DNA of 64,000 nucleotides from an uncultured Rhodospirillaceae bacterium (GTDB lineage: Bacteria; Pseudomonadota; Alphaproteobacteria; MPNO01; UBA2964): the NCBI GenBank assembly GCA_964499275.1, contig CAZCKO010000001.1, positions 14,739 through 78,738 of the forward strand, in the 5' to 3' direction. The position numbers and the translations under genes are program-made. Within the stretch, counting starts at the first letter, position 1. Each line of letters opens with the position of its first letter. Of this stretch, positions 59,191-64,000 are shown piece after piece. The notes under the pieces were generated by a model. The model did no database searches and had not been told where the DNA came from. It worked only from the letters and a program-made list of their open reading frames with translations.

Positions 59191-60159
59191 ATGTCCGGTT
59201 ACCGTATTGATGTGCACCATCACGTCCTGCCTGAATTTTATAAAGAAGCCCAACGTGCAGTTGGTATATCTGGCACCGCGTATCGCGGATTTCCTGACTG
59301 GACGCCTGAGAAATCGATAGCATTAATGGATATTCAGAAAATAAAGACCTCTATTTTATCGTTTACATCGCCGGGAATTTACTTCGGGGATTTAGCGAAG
59401 ACGCGTGACCTCGCATGCCAGTGCAACGACTACCTCGCTCAACTGACAATCGACCACCCAAACCGTTTTGGGGGTTTCGCGCTCCTGCCGCTACCGGATA
59501 TTGACGCGTCTCTCAGGGAACTTGAACGTGCGCTAGATGAACTGAAGCTAGACGGCCTCACGTTGCTGACATCGGTTGATGAAAAATATATTGGGCATCC
59601 AGACTTTGAACCAATTTATGAAGAAATAAACCGCCGTAAGGCCGTCACATTTATCCATCCCTGCTACCCACCTGGTTCCGAGGCAAAGGGTTGGGATATT
59701 CCTCGAATGATTATTGATTATCCATTCGAAACTACTCGGGTGGCTACAAACCTGATTTTCAATGGTGTTATCGAAAGAATGCCAGAAATTCCATTTATTC
59801 TTTCGCATTCCGGGGGGACTCTGCCATTCCTGGCCCACAGGATTGCTATTTTCGACAAAAAAACTAAATTCCAAGATATGTATCCCAAGGGCGCCTTGGC
59901 CTACATGAAATTATTTTACTTCGACACAGCCCTCTCAGGAGAAGGGGCTATTCTTAATGGGTTATCTAGCATTGTCGACGAGACACGCATTCTTTTTGGA
60001 TCAGACTACCCATATGTCTCCGAGGATGTAGTTGATAAGGAAACAGCTGGTTTAGACTCCTACGAGGGCTTCAACATTAACGCAATGACGGCAATAAACT
60101 ATAAAAATGCCGAAAAATTATTTCCCCGACTAATACACCCATCTGGAGATAACGAATAA
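59191..60159 (+). CDS. Amidohydrolase-2 family protein (ACMSD-like)
   Basis: MSGYRIDVHHHVLP N-terminal His-His motif. 322 aa. Confidence 0.75.
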   Translation: MSGYRIDVHHHVLPEFYKEAQRAVGISGTAYRGFPDWTPEKSIALMDIQKIKTSILSFTSPGIYFGDLAKTRDLACQCNDYLAQLTIDHPNRFGGFALLPLPDIDASLRELERALDELKLDGLTLLTSVDEKYIGHPDFEPIYEEINRRKAVTFIHPCYPPGSEAKGWDIPRMIIDYPFETTRVATNLIFNGVIERMPEIPFILSHSGGTLPFLAHRIAIFDKKTKFQDMYPKGALAYMKLFYFDTALSGEGAILNGLSSIVDETRILFGSDYPYVSEDVVDKETAGLDSYEGFNINAMTAINYKNAEKLFPRLIHPSGDNE

Positions 60160-60275
60160 CTGATTCAGATTGCCTGCCCTCGACGATTGATAAAGCTAAA
60201 TGTTAGATTTAATGAGGAAATAATTATCATTTTACGGCCTTAGTATCCGTCAAAAGGTCAAAAAGGGAGGAAACA

Positions 60276-61301
60276 GTGCCAACAATTGACTCAGATGCAC
60301 ATGTCATAGAATCCGATAAGACATGGAGCTACCTTCCAGATGACGAGAAACATTACGCCCCAATTGTTCTCCATAAGAGCGGTGAAAAACCAACACCCAG
60401 TAACCAATACTGGCTAAGCGGTGATAAAATCCAGCCTAAAGATAATGCTGACACCTTGTCGATGGATGAGACCTCTCGCGAAATGGGCAGTGTTGACGCA
60501 CGACTTAAACATATGGATGAGCTTAGTATTGATCTTCAAATTCTATATCCAACAATATTTTTGGTTCCCTGCGCAAATGACCCCTTACAACAAGCGGCTC
60601 AATATCGAGCGTATAATCGTTGGCTCGCTGACATTTGGAAATTAGCTGAAGGACGGCTTCGTTGGGCCGCTTGTGTCCCCACTTGGTCGATGCAGTTGGT
60701 GCGAGACGAACTCGAGTTCGCAAAGGAACATGGTGCATGTGCAATATTCATTCGCCCATATGAATGTGACAGGTACGTGGGTGATAACTATTTTGACCCC
60801 CTATTTAGGGCTGCCGGGGAATTAGATCTGGCGATAGCATTTCATTCTGCTAACGCCAGTTACCAAAACAACATCTTCCATGAACGCCATAACTTTGGCC
60901 GTTTTAAAATGGCGATGGTCTCACAGTTTCACTATCTTTTGGAGAACGAAATCCCACAAAAATTCCCTAATGTTCGCTGGGCATTTATTGAAGCTGCGGC
61001 CTCTTGGTTACCATACGCACTTCAAGATGTCGAAAGCCGATTATCCCGCAAAGGCAAGAAACTTCAACATAGCCCGCTAAAAGACAATAACATATGGGTC
61101 ACATTGGAAATGGCTGATGATATTCCATATCTCATAGATCGAGTGGGCGATGATAACTTCTTGATTGGCACAGATTATGGACATACGGATACCTCAGCGC
61201 AAATAGAGGCCCTCCGAATGTTGAGCGAAGACCCTAAAATACAGGCGAGGAGTGTTGACAAAATTTTAGGGGCCAACCCAACAAAGCTTTACCAATTATA
61301 A
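60276..61301 (+). CDS. Amidohydrolase-2 family protein
   Basis: MPTIDSDAHVIE N-terminal motif. 341 aa. Confidence 0.7.
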   Translation: MPTIDSDAHVIESDKTWSYLPDDEKHYAPIVLHKSGEKPTPSNQYWLSGDKIQPKDNADTLSMDETSREMGSVDARLKHMDELSIDLQILYPTIFLVPCANDPLQQAAQYRAYNRWLADIWKLAEGRLRWAACVPTWSMQLVRDELEFAKEHGACAIFIRPYECDRYVGDNYFDPLFRAAGELDLAIAFHSANASYQNNIFHERHNFGRFKMAMVSQFHYLLENEIPQKFPNVRWAFIEAAASWLPYALQDVESRLSRKGKKLQHSPLKDNNIWVTLEMADDIPYLIDRVGDDNFLIGTDYGHTDTSAQIEALRMLSEDPKIQARSVDKILGANPTKLYQL

Positions 61302-61391
61302 ATCGGTTCTTGTTTTGCCTTCACCGAAGTCCGCAAGGCCCATAACACTTTACGCTTAAGATTAACGATGACCTTATAAGTGAGAAATACT

Positions 61392-62360
61392 ATGAAAATT
61401 GTCGTGTATGGACCTGATAAACGTACTGGCGTTCTTAACGGAGATTTGATTATTGATATCGGGGGAGCAATTGCAAAACAAAACAATTATGCAAAAGGAG
61501 AATTATGTAATCTGGAAACACTGATAGAAGGTGGAAAGGCTGCGCTCGATGAAGTCCAAAAGGCTGTCGATAATTTAGGGGAAGCAGGCGATGAGATTAT
61601 CTTTCCGGCGGATAACATATTCCTTCATGCCCCCCGGACCCAATCTGGGCGTATTGCTTGTGCTGGGGGAAACTTTGCAGAACACGCTCTTTCTATGGCA
61701 CAGCGCCGTGTCGAACGCGGTGAAGATAACCCTATAAAAGGTGACCCCCGTAACTATGTTCGTGACAGAGGTTTTTGGGGTTTTTGGAAAGTGGGGCGTG
61801 AAAGTTTAGGACACGATGCAACCCTGCCATTTCCTTCAAGAGCGACCTACCTCGATTATGAGGGTGAGGTCGCTGTGGTTCTCGGAAAAACCGGTAAGAA
61901 CCTAAAGGAAGAAAATTTAAACAATTTTGTGTGGGGCGTCACACTTCTCGGTGATTGGAGTATCCGAATGTCGCCAGAACGGGGACCGATGAATTTTGCC
62001 ATGCAAAAAAATTTCGATAAAAGTTGTTCGATTGGTCCCTGTATTTTAGTTGGCGACATAGATTGCATGGAGATTGATCTTGAAACCCGGGTTAACGGTT
62101 CCGTACGCCAGCAATTTCGATCTGGAGATATGGCCTTTTCGTATGGTGAATATTTGGAATATTTAACGCGAGATTTTACCTTATTCCCGGGCGATATAAT
62201 CAGCGGCGGAACTGGTGCAGGCACTGCGGCAGATTCGTCTGGAACTGGGGCTGATGGCAAGCCCTTACGCGAGAGGTTTCTAAAACCCGGAGATATCGTT
62301 GAAATTTCTTCGCCACAAGTCGGTACACTTCGCACAGAAATTACGGCCAGTGAAATATAG
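61392..62360 (+). CDS. Fumarylacetoacetate hydrolase (FAH)-family protein
   Basis: FAH fold with the metal/substrate motifs YEGEVAVVLGKTG and GTGAGT. Start at the ATG at 61392. The ORF track starts at a GTG at 61380. Confidence 0.7.
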   Translation: MKIVVYGPDKRTGVLNGDLIIDIGGAIAKQNNYAKGELCNLETLIEGGKAALDEVQKAVDNLGEAGDEIIFPADNIFLHAPRTQSGRIACAGGNFAEHALSMAQRRVERGEDNPIKGDPRNYVRDRGFWGFWKVGRESLGHDATLPFPSRATYLDYEGEVAVVLGKTGKNLKEENLNNFVWGVTLLGDWSIRMSPERGPMNFAMQKNFDKSCSIGPCILVGDIDCMEIDLETRVNGSVRQQFRSGDMAFSYGEYLEYLTRDFTLFPGDIISGGTGAGTAADSSGTGADGKPLRERFLKPGDIVEISSPQVGTLRTEITASEI

Positions 62361-62398
62361 TTACCCAAAGGGATTGAACCAGGACTAGTGACTTCAAA

Positions 62399-63550
62399 AT
62401 GAAAATAGCAGACCAAGTAATAAATATTTTAAACGATCTAATAAAGATACCGTCGAGTTTTCCGCCTGGGAATACAGAGGAAATCTCGTCCTATGCGGCC
62501 AAACGTTTGAAATCGGCTGGGTATCAAACAAAAATTTATACCCGCACCCCCCCCATCGATAACATCGTAGCCAAGATGGGCAGTGGCAAACCATCAATTG
62601 TGTTTAATGCCCATTCTGACACCATCGCCGTCGGCAATGAAAAAGAGTGGGTCACAGACCCCTTCGTGGCAACGATCACCGACGACTGCGTTTATGGTGT
62701 CGGCGCCGGTAATTGTAAGGGGTCAATGGCAGTACAGATTTGGCTCGCTGAGGAAATCTCTAGGCGCGGAGGACCAAAAACCGGCGAAGTTGTATTTACC
62801 TTCGTAGGAGATGAGGAAAATCTTGGTCCCGATGGTTTGTCCTATTTACGCAAAGCAGAATTCGTTCAACCCGACGTACTTATTTGTGGTGCCCAGACCC
62901 AATTGCAAGCCATTTTCGAGGAACGCGGGGTCATCTGGGTTGAGTTAATGACAAATGGTACTGGGGCCCACGCAGGCGAACCTGAAAACGGAGATAACGC
63001 CATAAATCGAATGGTTCGAATGATTAACCATATAGAGGAAAAACTGGTTCCGCGGATCGCGAAGCGTCGCCGGGGAGCACTTCGATCTACTATAAATATA
63101 GGCACAATTAACGGTGGAACTAACACAAATGCAGTTCCCAGCCAGTGTCGGATTGAAATTGATAGGCGTCTGCTGCCGGAGGAAACGATCAGCGACGCTG
63201 TTAATGAAATTCAAGAAATATTGTCAGCATCAAATGAACCTAGGAATACCTGGTCAATTAAATTGTTAACTGGCACCAAAGGGTTCGCATCACCGAACGA
63301 CGCGCCAAGCGTAAAAGCATTTCACACTGCAATTGCCAGCATCACCAATCAGCCTATCAGGGACGTTGTTGCTATTGGCGCGAGCGACGCACGCTACTTT
63401 GTAGATGATAATATAGTTGCCCTTACATTTGGACCGGGCCACGCCAAAGACGGTCACAAACCGAATGAGTTCGTGCCGGTAGATGAACTAGTAAAAGCGG
63501 CTCAGATTCAGCTTTCTGTTATTGAGGAGATGCTAGGACTTGATGATTAA
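62399..63550 (+). CDS. M20-family peptidase (ArgE/DapE-like deacylase)
   Basis: AHSDTIAVGNEKEW, GAGNCKG. 383 aa. Confidence 0.75.
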   Translation: MKIADQVINILNDLIKIPSSFPPGNTEEISSYAAKRLKSAGYQTKIYTRTPPIDNIVAKMGSGKPSIVFNAHSDTIAVGNEKEWVTDPFVATITDDCVYGVGAGNCKGSMAVQIWLAEEISRRGGPKTGEVVFTFVGDEENLGPDGLSYLRKAEFVQPDVLICGAQTQLQAIFEERGVIWVELMTNGTGAHAGEPENGDNAINRMVRMINHIEEKLVPRIAKRRRGALRSTINIGTINGGTNTNAVPSQCRIEIDRRLLPEETISDAVNEIQEILSASNEPRNTWSIKLLTGTKGFASPNDAPSVKAFHTAIASITNQPIRDVVAIGASDARYFVDDNIVALTFGPGHAKDGHKPNEFVPVDELVKAAQIQLSVIEEMLGLDD

Positions 63551-64000
63551 AATCGTGGCGATTTAATAATTTCATCCATAGATTTTTCTATATTTCTTGG
63601 CTCCGGATCTGGCATTTTTTGTTCCACCTTCTTGCCCCACCCTTCCTCACCGACCAAAATGCCTTCTTCAACAACTGGATAACCTCGCACAAGTGTCCAG
63701 TCCACAGTCGCTGTAGTCTCATAACCATGCCAAACGGTCATCTTGCTTTTTGAATGCAATTTTTCACGATCGATTATATTGCCCTGGTTAAGGTTTACGA
63801 TCGCTATATCAGCGTCGGAACCAGGTTGAATAACGCCCTTGTTAGGATAACAACCCCACGCATGGGCTGGCGCATGAGCCGACCATTGCACATATTGGTT
63901 TAGTGTCATCCTGCCAGCGTTGACTTGGGTCAGCATGACTGGCATTTGTGTCTCGACACCAGGAAAACCGCAGTCACATTCCCAAATATTTTCGGATTCC
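63547..64000 (-). CDS. Amidohydrolase-family protein, partial (N-terminus beyond the window edge)
   Basis: C-terminal amidohydrolase-like fragment (…GSDADIAIVNLN…) with its stop at 63547. The ORF stays open to the window end. Confidence 0.5.
   Translation of the reverse strand, partial: ESENIWECDCGFPGVETQMPVMLTQVNAGRMTLNQYVQWSAHAPAHAWGCYPNKGVIQPGSDADIAIVNLNQGNIIDREKLHSKSKMTVWHGYETTATVDWTLVRGYPVVEEGILVGEEGWGKKVEQKMPDPEPRNIEKSMDEIIKSPRF

Noticed and set aside
1-64000. CRISPR arrays, insertion sequences, integrases, rRNA and phage genes
   Set aside because: No repeat-spacer periodicity, transposase or integrase-like ORFs, or rRNA-like conserved blocks were found in either strand.

Overview
This 64-kb window looks like a chromosomal segment from a moderate-GC (about 45%, judged by eye) alphaproteobacterium. 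The guess rests on the conserved carD–fdxA–…–hsp15–Suv3-like-helicase neighbourhood, acnA lying divergent from ccmA, and htpG. About 60 protein-coding genes are supported, with no rRNA, CRISPR array, integrase or transposase. Core content, in order:
- a VanA-like Rieske oxygenase;
- a cobalamin riboswitch in front of a btuB-like TonB-dependent receptor and tonB;
- tRNA-Arg(CCT);
- a sulfatase, a PagL-like outer-membrane protein and pip;
- the carD/fdxA/terB/hsp15/helicase housekeeping block and htpG;
- a Liv-type amino-acid ABC operon with an unusually long leader;
- acnA, and a complete single-operon ccmABCDEFGHI.
The accessory half (about 33.5–54.2 kb, ending at tRNA-Ala(CGC)) holds two long same-strand catabolic operons flanking a LysR regulator.
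- The first encodes an LLM flavin monooxygenase, two tandem AmiE-like C-N hydrolases (one with the catalytic Cys replaced by Glu), an Fe3+/polyamine-type ABC importer, an alpha/beta hydrolase and an extradiol dioxygenase.
- The second encodes a TAT-signal NitT/TauT-type ABC importer, an aminotransferase, an SDR, an alpha/beta hydrolase, an M20 carbamoylase-like hydrolase ATGA-coupled to a dihydroorotase-like amidohydrolase, and an arylmalonate-decarboxylase/maleate-isomerase-family protein with an inverted Cys/Gly active-site pattern.
Beyond tRNA-Ala and yggT–folD lies a third cluster rich in amidohydrolase-2 paralogs, with a fumarylacetoacetate-hydrolase (FAH)-family, a glyoxalase-type (VOC), an M20 and two DMT-transporter genes.
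The best candidates for undescribed biology are the LysR-linked operon with the Cys-less amidase paralog, the hydantoinase-like operon with the mirror-AMDase protein, a terminator-bearing putative sRNA or attenuator just upstream of ccmA, and a roughly 340-nt structured leader upstream of the liv operon. All calls come from reading the sequence and motifs by eye; coordinates of hand-called RNA features may be off by 1–2 nt.
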